NCBI RefSeq assembly: GCF_009914755.1
Contig: NC_060946.1
From: the human T2T-CHM13v2.0 reference genome, Homo sapiens
Length of the DNA: 64,000 nt
Direction: 5' to 3' (one strand)
Position numbers and translations under genes: made by a program. Positions within the stretch are counted from its first letter, which is position 1; every line of letters begins with the position of its first letter. A model generated the notes under the pieces. It worked only from the letters and a program-made list of their open reading frames with translations. It did no database searches and was not told the origin of the DNA. Positions 17,213 to 31,700 of this stretch are shown here, piece by piece.

Positions 17213-17591
17213 GGCCAGGCACAGTGGCTCATGCCTGTAATCCCAGCACTTCCAGATGGATCACTTGAGGTTAGGGGTTCGAGACCAGCCTGGCCAACAT
17301 GGTGAATCCCCAGCTCTACTAAAAATACAAAAATTAGCCGGGTGTGATGGCACAAGCCTGTAATCCCAGCACTTTGGGAGGCCAAGGCAGATGGATCACT
17401 TGAGGTTAGGGGTTCGAGACCAGCCTGGCCAACATGGTGAATCCCCAGCTCTACTAAAAATACAAAAATTAGCCGGGTGTGATGGCACACGCCTGTAATC
17501 CCAGCTACTCAGGAGGCTGAGGCAGGAGAATTGCTTGAACCTGGGAGATGGAGGTTGCAGCAAGCCGAGATCGCACCACTGCACTCCAGCC
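17213..17591 (+). mobile_element. Alu with internal 135-bp-period duplication (three arms), tail missing
   Basis: 17253-17370 is repeated at 17388-17505. Confidence 0.9.
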
Positions 17592-17691
17592 CACTCGGTC
17601 AATGTCACTGCCATCAAGGGACAGTCTAACCAAGGTCCAGATGGCACAAGTGGAGCCATAAAACCAGGACAGCTTGAGGTTCAGCTTCCTA

Positions 17692-18161
<470 letters not shown>

Positions 18162-18509
18162 TGGCTCTTGAAACAGCCATCAACTCCCATGTGATAAATG
18201 CACTGCCACAATCCAGCAGCAAACCTAAAGTTCGGAGTGAATTCCTAAGTCTTCGCCTTCACTGACTTCCCACAGCATGGGCAGTAGCTATGAGACCTTG
18301 GGCTGGTTACTTAACCTCTCTGCACCTCAGTTTCCTCATCTGTAAAGTGGTATAATCGTCACAGTGTTATGGAAGGATTTAATGAGTTGCTACATTTAAA
18401 ACTTAATTCCTGGCACACAATAAGTGCTCAATAAATGTTTAGCCGCTAGTTGCAGTAGTAGCAATAGTAGTGATATTAACTCTAGCTGTGGAACTAATTT
18501 CTCCCACAC

Positions 18510-19050
18510 ACCGTGGCAGGTTGTATTCTCCAGACACAGCAGTAACAATATCTCCTTCCCACACGCTCTTTTGCAATGTGACCATGCCACACACTCCCAT
18601 CAAGAGGTGGAGTTTAGAATAATTCCCTCCTCTGTGGATCTGGGCAGGAAGTCACTGTGTGACTTCCAGTCCTAGGTCATGAAAAGTGATGTAGCTTCCA
18701 TTTCACTCAGGGTGCCCTGAACCACCACATAAGAAAGCCAACGGTCCTGAGGCCATGCTGTGAGGGGGCCCAAGGCACATGGAGAGGCCCTGGGCAGGTG
18801 CTCCAGTCCAGAGCTGGCTCCAGCCAGGTCCCCCTGCCACCATGTGAGTGAATGAGCCAATCACCACCCAGCTCCACCTGCCACCATGTGAGTGAACAAG
18901 CCTCCCCTGTGAGCTGCCCCCAGCCTTGGAACTTCCAGCCATGCCTGCCGTGCCTGTAAATTCTCAACCCCCAGATTCTGTGAGCATAACAAAATTGTTG
19001 TTTTAAGCCACTGAGGTTGGGAAACATTTGTTACATAGAAAGGTAACAAG
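18510..19050 (+). mobile_element. MLT1-family MaLR LTR
   Basis: MLT1-like motifs (CCATCAAGAGGTGGAG, TTGTTTTAAGCCACTGAGGTTGGG...TTTGTTACATAG); short internal repeat CTGCCACCATGTGAGTGAA x2. Confidence 0.7.
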
Positions 19051-22000
19051 AACATATGCTATGGCTTCAATCAACATTTTTTTCAGTACCTATTATGATG
19101 GACACTAGGACAGAAACTGTGAGGGAGAGATTAATAAGACATAGTTGACAAGTTGTCCTAAGCTGACAATCCTAAAATAAATACACATAACTAATCATTT
19201 TAATGGTATACGATAGCAGTGAGGTGCAAAGTGCAAGGTTAAGCCCTTTCAGAAAGTGAAAGCATTCAAAAAGCCTTCAAAAAAGTAGTGACATCTGAAT
19301 TGGGTCCCAAAGCGCAAGGGAAATATATACCACATGAAAACACCGCAGTGCATTCCAGGATTAGCAAGAAGTTTGCGGAGGTCGTTTTGTCACATGACTG
19401 GAGGGCACATCAGTGCCAGGCGGAAAAGGGCACCGAAAGGCACATTAATAAAGTCAAACACCTCCTCTGGGACAGGGGAAGTTGAGAAAGAGCCTAACAG
19501 AGGTAAGGAAGAAGACGGATCAGATTTACACTTTCGAATTATCACTCTGGTGGCAGGTGAAGGACAGAGCAGAGGGCAGGACTGGAAGCAGACAGACCAA
19601 ATTCACAGTCAAATGCGACAAGATGAGGGCCTGGCCTGGTTTTAAATCCAAGGACAAAAATATCATTCATTCACTCTTTCATTCTTTCTCTTATCTGAAT
19701 CCCCAGTGGTACCTAAAATAGAGCTGGTCTAAAGATGATGATTAATGAATGTTAAATTATTGATACTACTTCTAAGAAGATGTAACTGCCAGCTACAGAA
19801 CCAGCCAAAAGGACTGCAAACCCAGTAATTCATTTCATCCCAACCTGACTGATCTCTCTGATGTCTGCACTGCTGTGTCACTAGACTGCCTGATTGTCCT
19901 AGGTTGAGACATTTACCTACTGAGCCCCAGGGATGGGTGGCTGCTTCTAAGCTGCTGCCTAATTCCCTCATTACTAAATGTTGACGCTGCTTCCTTAGAG
20001 GACTGCTAAACCATAACTCAAAAATGTTTTAAACATGCTACTATTTACTTAGATTAGAATATTTACTTAAATGTTTTAAAAAATACAGTATTTTAAGTCT
20101 TTTATCTCTTCTGACTACTACCACTAACCCTGCTTCCCCTCATTTTTCCAGAGATTAGCACTACTGTGATTTAAGGATAGAGCTCTCCAGACTTAAAAAA
20201 AAAAACAAAAAACTGCTTTTATATCCAGATATATGTAACCACTGAAAAATATACATTATTTTTCAGCATTTTTTACATAAACATTATCATCCCTTTCATT
20301 GAGTTATGTTCCTCAGTTTTCCTCCTCAAAGTTTTTGAGATCAAATATAGTTCCCATTTTTCTTCTTTATATAGCTGCACAGTATTCCATCATAGGATTA
20401 CACCACATTTTATTTATTCCAATATTAATGAATATTTAGGTTATTTATACTTTTTTTTCTATAACCAACAAGCCCATGCCTTCTACTGCTTATCCTTTCC
20501 CCACCTGAATTTGTACAATCCCCAGCTTCTCTTATCCATGACCACTGAAACCCCAGGGAAGACCTTATCACTTTCAGGATGTCCATGGCTCTTTCACCCT
20601 ATGCCATGCTTGGAACCAGGAAAGCCCAAAAGACCCCACTTCCTGCCCTTCTATTCTGCTCCTCCTCTCCTATCACTCATTTCTTTGCCTCTATCCTCCA
20701 CTCCTCCCAGCAAAGGTAGGGATAGCACCTGAGTCCTGCCACCCTCTCACCTGCATTCCCCCTCACTCTCATGCGAAGGACAGCACAGAAGCAGCATCAA
20801 AAAAGAAAGGCAGCGAGGGAGCCCTGCAGCCTGCCCTAGGCCAGCCATGCCCACAGCCACAGGAATAGACACTGTTTTCAGCCCCACCTAGATTCAAGGC
20901 AGCATCTAATAGAAATGCTTATAAGTAAATATAAGTGCCAGTATTTGCCTTCTATTTTCTAGAGGGGAAAAAAATTAAAAGGCAAGATCAGATTACTTGC
21001 CTGGAAATGTTCTCCCTGTAATTACTCTGACCGCTCTTTCTTTCCCTCCGGTTTTGGAGATAATGGAAATAGGCTGAGTGTTGGGCATTTTTTTTTTTAA
21101 AGAGGGCAGCTTCATGGCAACACTCCCTCTGAGAAGTCCAGAGGCTCAGTGAACCGCAGCTTAGAGTGAGTTCCAGTAAAAGGACCATCACTTGAACCAG
21201 TAAGTGCCTCATTCCTTCTCACAGCATACATTTCACAGCAATTACTGTTGCTATTATTTTACGCTTCATTTCTGGACCTAGGATACCTCAGTTTCTCCAG
21301 ATTCTCAGTCTGGTCCCCAGGTTTTCAGTCTGGGAGAAAGGTGTCTGCTGGATTTCAAACAGTCCCTCTACTGGCCGCCACCACCACCCTCTCCTAAAGA
21401 GGACTGGAATAACTCTTCCACAGCTCCCGCCACACTCAGCACTGCCTGCACCTCCTCCTGGAGCTGGCAGGGCCCCAGCTGTGCACCCCTCAATGCTCTC
21501 ACAGCTTCAGGAAGAGGACTGCTAAGCCCAGGGCCCTGCTGACAACATGCCGGGAGCGCATCTGCAGGCAGGGTCAGAATGTCAGCTACCAGGCAGCAGA
21601 GAGATGCGGGGCACCAACAGCAAAAGCACTTGGGGGGCTTTTTCAAGTGGCATCAGAACTAGACCTGGATACAAAGGGGTGGCCCTGGCTTCAGGAAGCC
21701 CATGATAAGTCAGTCTGCTGTGTCCTTCAACACAGTGTCCCCACCTTCTGTCTCCCAACACTAGGCCATGGAGACACAAAACTAGAAAATGGGGCTGCCT
21801 AGCTACTAATGCCCAGGCTGTGAATTGGGGTCTCCAAAGGAACCTCAGTGCCGTGTCCTACTCAGAGCAGCTCCTTCAGCTCTTCACCCTGGAAAGCACT
21901 CCGGTACAAAACAGGAATATTCCTCTTCTCCTGACTCTGCCCAAGGCACTGCTGTGACCCTCTCAGCAGTGGAAGCACTAGCCAATGTGCCATCCTCCTG

Positions 22001-25000
22001 GACGATAGCTGGATAATCGCAATAAGCAGAGCCCCAACAACTAGCTCTAGTGTGTGGGGAGAAGTGGGGAGGATGGAGAAAGGATACAAAAAGACACTGT
22101 GGGATTTCAGGGCAACCCATGAGTGAGGATCACAGCAGAGCTATGCCTTGCAAGGACCAGAACTGGAAAACCTTTGTGACTTAGACCGCCCTCCTCAGGA
22201 CAGCTCCCGCCACTCTTCAGGGACAAAGTTCCTTTACTCAGCCATAGTTTCTGTGCTCCAAATACTCAGCTTACACATGCCTGTTGCTGCTGCACTCACC
22301 ACTGTGGTTCTCAGTGCAAATTCCCCAGAAAGCAGTCTGACTGGCTGGGAGACCTTTTTTCTTTTAACCAGGCTCCCAAAGTTGTAGATTTTGGGGTCAT
22401 TTACAATATGCATTTCCCCAACACACTCAGATCTAGGTGGACTTGACCAGATGGGCATCTGTATTCCATTACCCAGCATATAACCACTTTGGGCAACAGG
22501 GAATGTGAAGGGCCCCAAACCGTTCCCCACCAAGAGTGTGGGTGGCAGGCACCCTGAAATATGTCTAGCACACTCATAAAGCATGAACATCTACACACAA
22601 CTAAAAATAAATAGTGAGAGCCCTGACACTGCTTCTGGGGGTTTTCCCAAGCACCTGTTACGAATGGTAACAATGGATGGCCGCTCCTTCTCCCTCAGCT
22701 TTGACTTTCATTGCTGGTGGCTCAGGCTCCTGTGCTTGGCTGTCATCGGTGGGTAGCCCTGGATTGGACATTTTCCCTATTCAATTCAAGGACCATGTTC
22801 TTGAGCATAACTATGACCAGGCAGTAGGCAGTGGGCCCTGCTCTTTCTTTCCAGGGAGGCACAGATAAGCCAGCATCACAGATGCAAAAAACAGAACCGT
22901 GGAGGTAGAGACTAATTCTTCAGCAGCCCAGAGAAGAGAACTGGGAAACAGGGCCCTTGCAGATACACAAGACCAAGCTGGAGAGTTCAGGGACTTCCAA
23001 AAGAAGGTACAAGAATGAGCACTATACCATAGTGGGGTGGGTCACAAAAGCAGGAAAAGGTCCCCAAACAAAGAATCCATCAGTCAGTTACAGCACTCTC
23101 CCCATGTGGTGAAACAGTATGCAACCATTTAAAAACTGCAGAGAACAATATTTATGAACACCTAAAAATGCTGAAAGCACACTACTAAGTAAAAGGGGAG
23201 AAAGGCTATAAAAGGATTTGAAAGTATTTTCGTAAAGATAAACACCCACACACACCCACACACCTCTATATATGTGTGGAAAAAGGACTGGGCTAGTATA
23301 TTTAAAAAACGCTAAAGGGAGGTCGGGTAATAAGGGATTGTTTTTTCCTTGCACTTTGTGTTTTCTAAGTATTCTATAGTCTGAATGAATTAGATTCATA
23401 ATTAGGACCAACAGTCATAAGCAATTTCTCAGACCACCTGCCTCATAAAACCCAAAAAAAGAAGTCAGAGAGGGGTGAATATTTTGGTACAGATGAATTC
23501 AGGTTGTGTAAGTGGAGAGGAGGGAGGTGGCCAAGGAGCCTGAAGTCGGGGAGGGGGGCTGATGGTGAAATAGGGAATGGGTGGAGAGAGAAAATGATTG
23601 CAAAATTGGCTGGAGCCAGCCTGGTCAGGTCAACTTTGCAGGTGTGTGAAGTGTCAAATGGTTAATCAGTTGCCCTCTGTTTGAGCTGCTTAATGCACAA
23701 GGGCCTGGTTGAACAGGTTTGACCTCATTTACTTTTTCTTAAAGCTGTTTAGCCACTTTCCTAAAAACTCCTATTTTCTGAGTTATTAAACTTTCCATTC
23801 CATGTTGATCCCTTCCGAGCCCTCTAACGCATCTCTTCTCTTGCTTCTTCCAACTGGATGCCTTCATGAGGCATTAACAGGTACTGTGAGCCCTGATGAA
23901 AATCATCCTTTCAGGGTACAAGGAAGGCACCTGAATGACAGATGGTTGGAGGAATCTTGAGAAAGCAGTTTAGGCATTAACATGCAGGCTGTCGCTGACT
24001 TACACAGAGCCAAGGACGTGACATACAGCATGGGGCCATTTCTAAATCCCCACTGAGGACAAGGGTCCTGGAGGGAATGGGATTTGGAACAAGATTTGGG
24101 CTTTGAACATTCGCTACAGGCTCTGACAAAGCAGTGATGGTTCAAAAGCCTCTGCCCCCTGGTGGCAAGCCCTGCCCAGATGCTGTTAAGGGGCTCTCCA
24201 GGCATGCCCTCCTAATTAGGGGCAAAATCAGAGAAGCCTCTTTGGAAGAAGACAAAAGGCACAATGAGATGCGGTCTCCTGAAGTAGAGGCTTTCTCTCT
24301 GGTTATCACCTGAAACAGGAAATAAGGACTGAGTACCTGCTCAATTCCAGGCACTAGCCAAATCTGCAGCAAACTAGCATTCCAAAGGTGTCTTCTTACT
24401 TTAATCTCACAGCCACCCTGTGAGGGAAGTGTACATTCCCCATTTCGCTGATGAGATGAGCAAACTGAGGCTCGGAGAAATTGTCAGTGGGATACAGAGT
24501 TGGCATCCAAACCCACAATCTCTGACTCTAAGCTTCTGTTTCATTCATTCCACAAATATATATGGTGTCTCCTCTTTGCTGGACACTGTACTGGGCTGAT
24601 GAGCTACAAGACCCAATCTTTACAGTCTAGGAGGCAGAGATAGATAAGTAAACAGAGGCGGCAAAGCGTGGCACTGTGAAAGATGCACTGAGGACACCGA
24701 GCTAGGTGTTCCACAGGCGTCAGGAAAGGCTTCACACAAGAGAGGTTGCTTGTGCCCAGTTCTAATTAGGATGAGTAGGTATTTCTGCTAGATCGTGGTG
24801 GGGTGGGGAGGACATCACATAGGACCTCAGCAGAGAGCAGCTCGAATCTATGCAGAGCTGCACGAGGAGCCGGAGGTCCAGAGTACTGCAGCAGTTTGAC
24901 ATTGATGGGTGGTAGGGTCCATGAAAGTAGAGGAAGACCAAGAGGAAGCAGCAGACAGGGGCCAGGCCAGGGCAGGGATAGGGTGCTCTACTAAAGAGCA

Positions 25001-27237
25001 TGGGCTTTGAACTATGAGCAGTGGAGAGCCACTGGGGGTGTAAATAAGGAAACAGATATTCCAAATCCTGCCTTGGGAAGATTGTTCTGGCAGGAGTGAT
25101 GGGAAAGGGGCCCTGGCAGAAGATTCCTTCATGCTCCTGCGGTGATCCAGGTGAGAGCTGCTGAGGACCCCAACCAAATCAGATCACTGGACCTCCACTG
25201 GGAGTGAAAGGGGGTGGTCTGGCCAGAGAGATAGTAAAGAGATGTAGTTAACAGGCAAGAGAATGTGGGGATATCCAGGGAGCTGTCCACAATTCGCAGG
25301 TCTTAGGCAACTGCTTGGGAGAAGTTGATGAGGTCATCACTGGACAGAGAATCTATTCCCTGGGCCCAACCAACTCTCTAGACCATCCTGCCATGTGCCT
25401 CTGAGAAGTGAGCTTCCCCAGCCAAGCCCACAGGAGGACATATGGAGCAAAGGTCAACAGTCACTCAGCTGATGGATGGCAAGCATTCAGATGGGAGGTG
25501 CCTCCACAGGCCATGATAACCCATGGATCCATTTGAGAAAGATGCCAAAAAACAGTTAATTCAAGGCCACTTTAAAATACCTGGCATTCAATCCTCCTCA
25601 ATGTCTCCATCAACTGTAGACCCTATAACTACCAAATGAGCTCCACTCGCCACAAAGGTCAAGACACAGAAACGGTCAGAGAGCAGAGCCTATTCCTGAA
25701 AAGCAAAAGACTCCAAACTTCCACAACTCAACCAGTGAAGGGCTGGGGAAGACTGACAAGTTCACTAAGAAATGAGAGGAAGGACAAACAAGGTGTTCAA
25801 ATTAGAAAATGATTCCATTAATGAGGGCTCTGATGATATAGTTGTGGAGGTTATCAGTTTGCCAGAGCTGCAGATTTAAAATACTTACATGGTCATCGAA
25901 ACCAAAAAATGCTGACCATCCCCCAAAACCTCCCACCCCACCTAGTGCTGATAACAGGAGTTATCAGTTGCCTTTTGTGTACAGCTAGATGAGATATGGA
26001 TCTGTGGGGGGAAGAAGGGGTGGGCGTGCTAGCATCTCTCAGCTAGACTGTCATCGGATGGTGACATTCCCCAGGACTCAAGCAGCATCTGAGAAGCCAC
26101 TTTCAGTATGACTATGGAACAGCTAACCACACAACACAGCATACTGAATGAGGAGCCTCGCAGGCTGAGAAGAAAGCAAACCCGGAAGGCAACAAATGGA
26201 TACGTGCATGCTGAAGGACTCGTGTTTAATTCTTCCCGGTAATCCTTTGTCAGGCATATATTTTTGTCTCCTCAAACTTAAGAAAGAAATCCATGCTCTG
26301 GAGGGGAGAAAGAGAGGCTGTACTCATTAACTCAGAGCTGACCTCGTCTGGCAGGATTAACTCGCCATACCTGTCCAGCCCACAGAACCTGGCCTGGAGC
26401 ATGGAGGGAGAACCACAGCCAACTCCAGAAAAATAAAAGGCTGCAGCGAGAAACAAGTGGGGACACAGAGAGAAAGGAGTTTTGAAAAAGTTCTAAATCC
26501 CCATGGCTAGGGACAGTGACATCAGTGTGTTTACCAAGTATTTGATTTACTTGCTCAGGCAAAATTCCAGAAGAGACACTGGGACCTGTGTGGAGAGTTT
26601 CTTCACTGCAGCTATCCTGCCAAGCTCATTGTAAAGTGACGAATTTTGTGGACACTTACAGAGAAAAAATAGCTTCAAATGCTGTAGACCAATGCTGCAC
26701 GCTGCAGAGACACAGTCTTTGGGTTCTGTGAGCTGTATTTGGGCATTACGCAGAGTTCAGCTGCCATCTGTCCCTTTGAAGGCCAGCTAAGAAGTTGGTC
26801 CCAGCCTGGGCATGGTACCACTGTCCTACATTCCAGCCATTTGGGATATCCTGGGTTCAAGCATTCCCGCCCATTGCTGGATCAAGCACTTCCCACCTCC
26901 TGCTCTGGGAAATCAGATCTCAGTAGGTCATCAACCATCCCAGAAAGTCCAGCAGAGTTGGTTTTGGTTTGGGGGTGTTTTTTGAGTTGGGTGGAAGAAG
27001 AGACCTTACATAATCTTTTAACTTTTTCTCTAAGGCTGAATTCCCTATAAGCAAAATTTTAAAATTTTTTTTAAAGAAGAAAAACACCCAGACAATCCTT
27101 AAAATCCCCTTTCAGCTCCAAGACTGTGTAATTCTGTGATACCAGTATTGAAAGCCCCTGCATTTCCCTAACTATATATTCCCCTATGCCAGGGAAAGGT
27201 GCATGTAAGTGAGAGAACAAAAAATTTCACAATCGTG

Positions 27238-27365
27238 GGGACCTCTTCTTTCGGCTTTGGAGCCCCCTTCCCTCTGTCTCTGTACGGGGCAGCTTTTTCC
27301 TTCTGTCTTCTCCCTTCCTTCTTGTCTACTAAACTCTCTGCGCCTTAGAACCAAAAATAAAAAAT
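27238..27365 (+). mobile_element. ERV1-class LTR 3' fragment with A-rich tail
   Basis: CTTTCGGCTTTGGAGCCCCCTTCCCTCTGTCTCTGTACGGGG...ACTAAACTCTCTG then AAAAATAAAAAATAAAAA; degenerate flanking direct repeat. Confidence 0.5.
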
Positions 27366-28269
27366 AAAAATTCAAAATCATGATCTTAGGGGTGAAAGAA
27401 CACTGAGAAACCATAGAAAGCAAAAACGAAAAGCCAACATAGAAAAAGTCTGACTTGAATTAGAAGCAGCACTTAAAATTACAGGTTCAGAAAAAGCTTG
27501 AACAGAATCCAGGGCTGAGGTCAGCCCTGAGTCTGCAGGCTCTGCCCTCTCACAAAGGTGAGTAGATGGGTCTGGAGAGGGCTGTTCATGCTATGGAAGG
27601 GCCTCTATGCCATCGAGGCTAAAACCAAAGCAGGAGCAAATCAGCCCTGCTAGTGTGTACAGTCGGCATCAAAGAGGCAACAACGGTAGAGAATATTTTC
27701 TGAAAGACACACATGAAACCAGTAACGGCGATGGTCTCTGGAAGAATTAGGTCAGAAGCAGACTTAATTTGCACTGTGTACATTCTTTGGTATCCTTTTT
27801 AATTGAACGCATGTGAATGCATTACCTATTCAAAAATAAATGTGTAAAAACACGTGCCACGACAAAGCAAAATGAGGAGACAGTATAAAAAAGACAAGGA
27901 TAATTTTAAATTTCTCCTAATAAAACGCTGTTTAAAAATCTAAGAGGAAAAAAGGGTAGGCTCCAGCTAGTGGAGAGAACAACTGAAAAACAAGAGCCAC
28001 GTGTTCCCATGGTCCTGGCCAACCCCACTTCTTTCCCATCCTCACTCGTTCACATCTGCCTTGGAGCACCCACAGCAAGCCTGGCTTCATGCCCAGAACA
28101 TCGCCTGGCTTTCCTCCTCTCTCCCTGCCCACATCTCCTCAGTCACTCGCTGCCTCCTCTCTTGCTTCTCTCCCAGTTCTCAGTTTGCCCATCAAATCTC
28201 AGGTGGTACTCTCCATTCTCTGCTATGAGGGAGTTCATTTGTTCATGCAATTTCCCCACCGGAGACAAA

Positions 28270-28790
28270 ATGTATTTCCCAAAGTTGGCTTGCAATGACA
28301 TCTCCCATGCCTGCTCTGCTTACCCATGACTTTGACACTCCTTCCATCGAGAGGGCAGAACCTGTGTTTCCTCTCTCTGAATCTAGGTGGGCTACAGCTC
28401 TGGTAGAAGTGACACTCTGTGACCTTAAGGCTAGGTCACAAAAAGGGAATGCAGCCTCTGCCAGCAATCCTGGGAAACACACTTGGAGCCCGAGCTGCTG
28501 TGTAAGCCATCTGCCTGCTCTGAGCCCACCACACTATAAGGAAGCCCAAGCTAGCCCACAGGAGAGACGAGGTGAAGAGAATGAGATGCCAGTCTCCACT
28601 GCTCCAGCTCTCTAGTGTCCCAGCCCCAGCCACTATCTGACTGCAACCCCATGAAAGACTGAGCCAGAACCACGAGCCCAGCCCTTCCTGATGTTGACAT
28701 ACAGACTTCATGAAAGAGAATAAACTAATTTTTGCTTTAAGCCACTATGATTTGGGATGATTTGTTATGCAGCACTGGATAACTGCAACA
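28270..28790 (+). mobile_element. MLT1-family MaLR LTR
   Basis: CTCCTTCCATCGAGAGGCAGAA...GCTTTAAGCCACTATGATTTGGGATGATTTGTTATGCAGCA...AACA. Confidence 0.7.
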
Positions 28791-31700
28791 CCTGCTTCTA
28801 AACAGTAGAATCCCAAACGTCTAGGCCCCATCTCTAACTTACTTCATGTTCCTATTCTCACTGATTTTTGCCACTGAGCTTGACCAAGCCCTTGAGTCAC
28901 CAATTCCAGATATTTGTTTAAACAAATTCACTGTGACTGTCTACACTATCCATTCCTCCAAAACAATCCCTGTTATAGTTGGCCTTCCCCAGTTCTCTTC
29001 CTGGCATAGAGTAGTCTGTGCCCTTCTCTCATTTCTTAATATGACCCTCACCCATGGAGTGTTCCTAGATTCTGCTCATTCATAATGCTTCTTCACCCAC
29101 CCTAACCTCTCCCTCCTGTAGCCACAGATCATCCACTTTTCCAGGCCTCTGCACTGGAGGCTGCATCAGCCACCTCCCAGTACGTCATCCTTTCCAATGC
29201 CCTACAACACGGGGCAGAAAGGACTCTTTTTTGCTACACATCCAGGCGGTTTAAGAAAAGGCTTAAGGCAGCTTAAGCACAAAGAATGTCATCTTCAAAC
29301 ATTGTAACGGCATCTTCTTTTTGGGGCACTGAAGTATTCCCATGATTCCAAGAATCAAATGAACAGCATCTGGTTATGGGGTCTCTGGTCTCTGCCAAGG
29401 CAAACTCATAAAGCATTTCAGAGCCCTTCATCTGGAAAGGCCTTTTCTCCACCCCACGCCCAGCCAATGCCCACTCATACTTTAAGGCCCAGCTCATCCG
29501 TCATCTCTGCTAGGGAACCTTCCTCAGTCAGTGCCTTATGCAGGCAACCATTCCTGCCTTGTGTTGTGTTGTGTTGTGTTGTGCCTTAAGTCAAATCCTT
29601 AACTCATCTTTGTGTGTCCCCTTGCATTTCAGACAGTAGGTGCCCAATAAATGTTTGTGGGATGAATCAACTGGTAATTCTCCTGGAACACCCTTTCCCA
29701 GTACACCTCCACTCGCCAGAACAACTGTCTTCCTCACAGGTGCCAGCCATCACCCCGACCACACCCTCTCAAAAGGCCTTTGCCAGTCATCAAACAAAGC
29801 CTCTTGTCTCCTGAGAGCCGCTCCACAATCACCTTCCCAAGAAGAATTCCCCATACCGAGTCCACCATTCCTTCCCTGATCAAAGTTGCTTTCACAGGCA
29901 TCTTTTCAGCTATCCACTCTTCACGGCTTGGTTTTCATGCACTCTGAGTTGGCCCTATCTCCCCTTTTTGGCCTCAAGCACGTCAAGAGGAAGGCTGGTG
30001 ACAGCCTTTCCCGAGCTCAGGACAGTTTTCATGCAAACTCGTTCTTCCAGGTTCTTATGCCTGGAAGAACTGCTGCTCTCCAATAGCATGAAGTAGACAA
30101 TGATGTTCTTAGCATCCAGTCTTAAAACTAGAAAAAGTATTGGCACTGCTGAATCCCCAGCTCCTAGAACGGTGTGTGGCACCTAAACAGAGCTCAAAAA
30201 TATTAGGTGAATGGAGGAAAGAATGAACAGTCATCTGGCCCAGACTTGGAGAAGCTGTGATCTGTCTAGCCCTTCTACACCAGGAGCGAGGCCTGAAAAG
30301 CTGCATGACTCACCCAAGGTCACGAGCAAGCCAGTGAAGAGGGGCTGGAACCCTGTCTTTTGCCTCAAAGCACAGGGCCCTCCTTCTGTCCCACCCAGCT
30401 TTCTCACCACCCACCCCACCCCTTCCACACTCCAAAGACAGCATCTCCGTGAGAAGCGTTGGGCAGTGTCCAGGAGTGTTTTTCTTCCTGGCTTTAAAAC
30501 AAATTGTGACAAATGGCTCCACAGATCTACCGGGCCGTGGAGCTGAGCAGATGGGACTGCAATTCACGCTATTAACTCAAATTCTACTTGACTTTCTTTC
30601 AAATCAGGGCATTTTATCTAGAAATTATAAAAAATTGTTGGGGGAGTGCCTTTGTAAGGAAGTTTGCCAGCACATTCATTTACAAATCGACTTGCTCCTG
30701 GCCACCCTCACTGATCACGGACTTTTACTCACGCTCCCTTACTCTCTCCCATCAAAGAGTCCAGCGCATGGAGAGAGTGATGGAATCTTGAGGCCCACCG
30801 GTCTAACCACCCACCTAAGCTTGACTCCCCTGTGCCTGTGGACATCCTGCGTGCAGATGCACATTCCCACTAATGGCAGCCAGGGGAAAGCACTATTCGA
30901 AAGTTCTTCTTTACTTTGAACTCAAATTGGGCTCAGGGGTCCTGGATACAGGACAACCCCAATCTCTTATTTATTCAATGGACAACAGGTGAGCACATAC
31001 TAGGCCTGGACACTGATGTAGGTAGGCACTAAAGCTTCAGAGAGATGCAAACGAGCAATCTTTACCCTGAAGGAGCTCATGTTCTATGGGTTCATTTCCT
31101 TTCCCTGTGTCTTACAAACAGGTTCCAGTTTGTTTCCGTCCTTCAGAGTGTACTGCCTAGAACTGCATGCTATTCTCCACAAGTGGCCTGACCAGCTTGT
31201 GGACAAGGATGAAGCAAGCAGACCACCTTCTTTCAGTGCAGACAAGATGGCTGTTTAGAGGCCACATCACGTGGCAGACACCTGCCAACTAAAACCCTCC
31301 ATCCTTCCCACAGCCTCCCCCTCCTACACTTTGCAGCTGGATTCAAAACCTTGCATTCACCCTTGTTCCATCAACAGGGCCAGGCCATCAGTCTGTCTCA
31401 TCCGGACTGTTTTTTATCTTACTTGCCAACCTACACACTTGCTGTTCCTTCTTGCCTTAAAGTCATACAGATGACTTTAGGTGATTCAGATGAGTGTGAC
31501 CTCTACTTTCACCAAACACAATAGTCAATTCAGAAAGGTCAAGGACAGAACCCTCCAGCATGCTAACGCAGCCAAAGAAGTCTGAAAACAATACTTGGCC
31601 ACACTGTTTTCCTGCTTACGGATGTGGGCTGCTCTTGTCCTGCCTGTAAATATATCGGATCGCTCTCCTTCTTGCTGGCATCCACAGTAACTATACTCAA

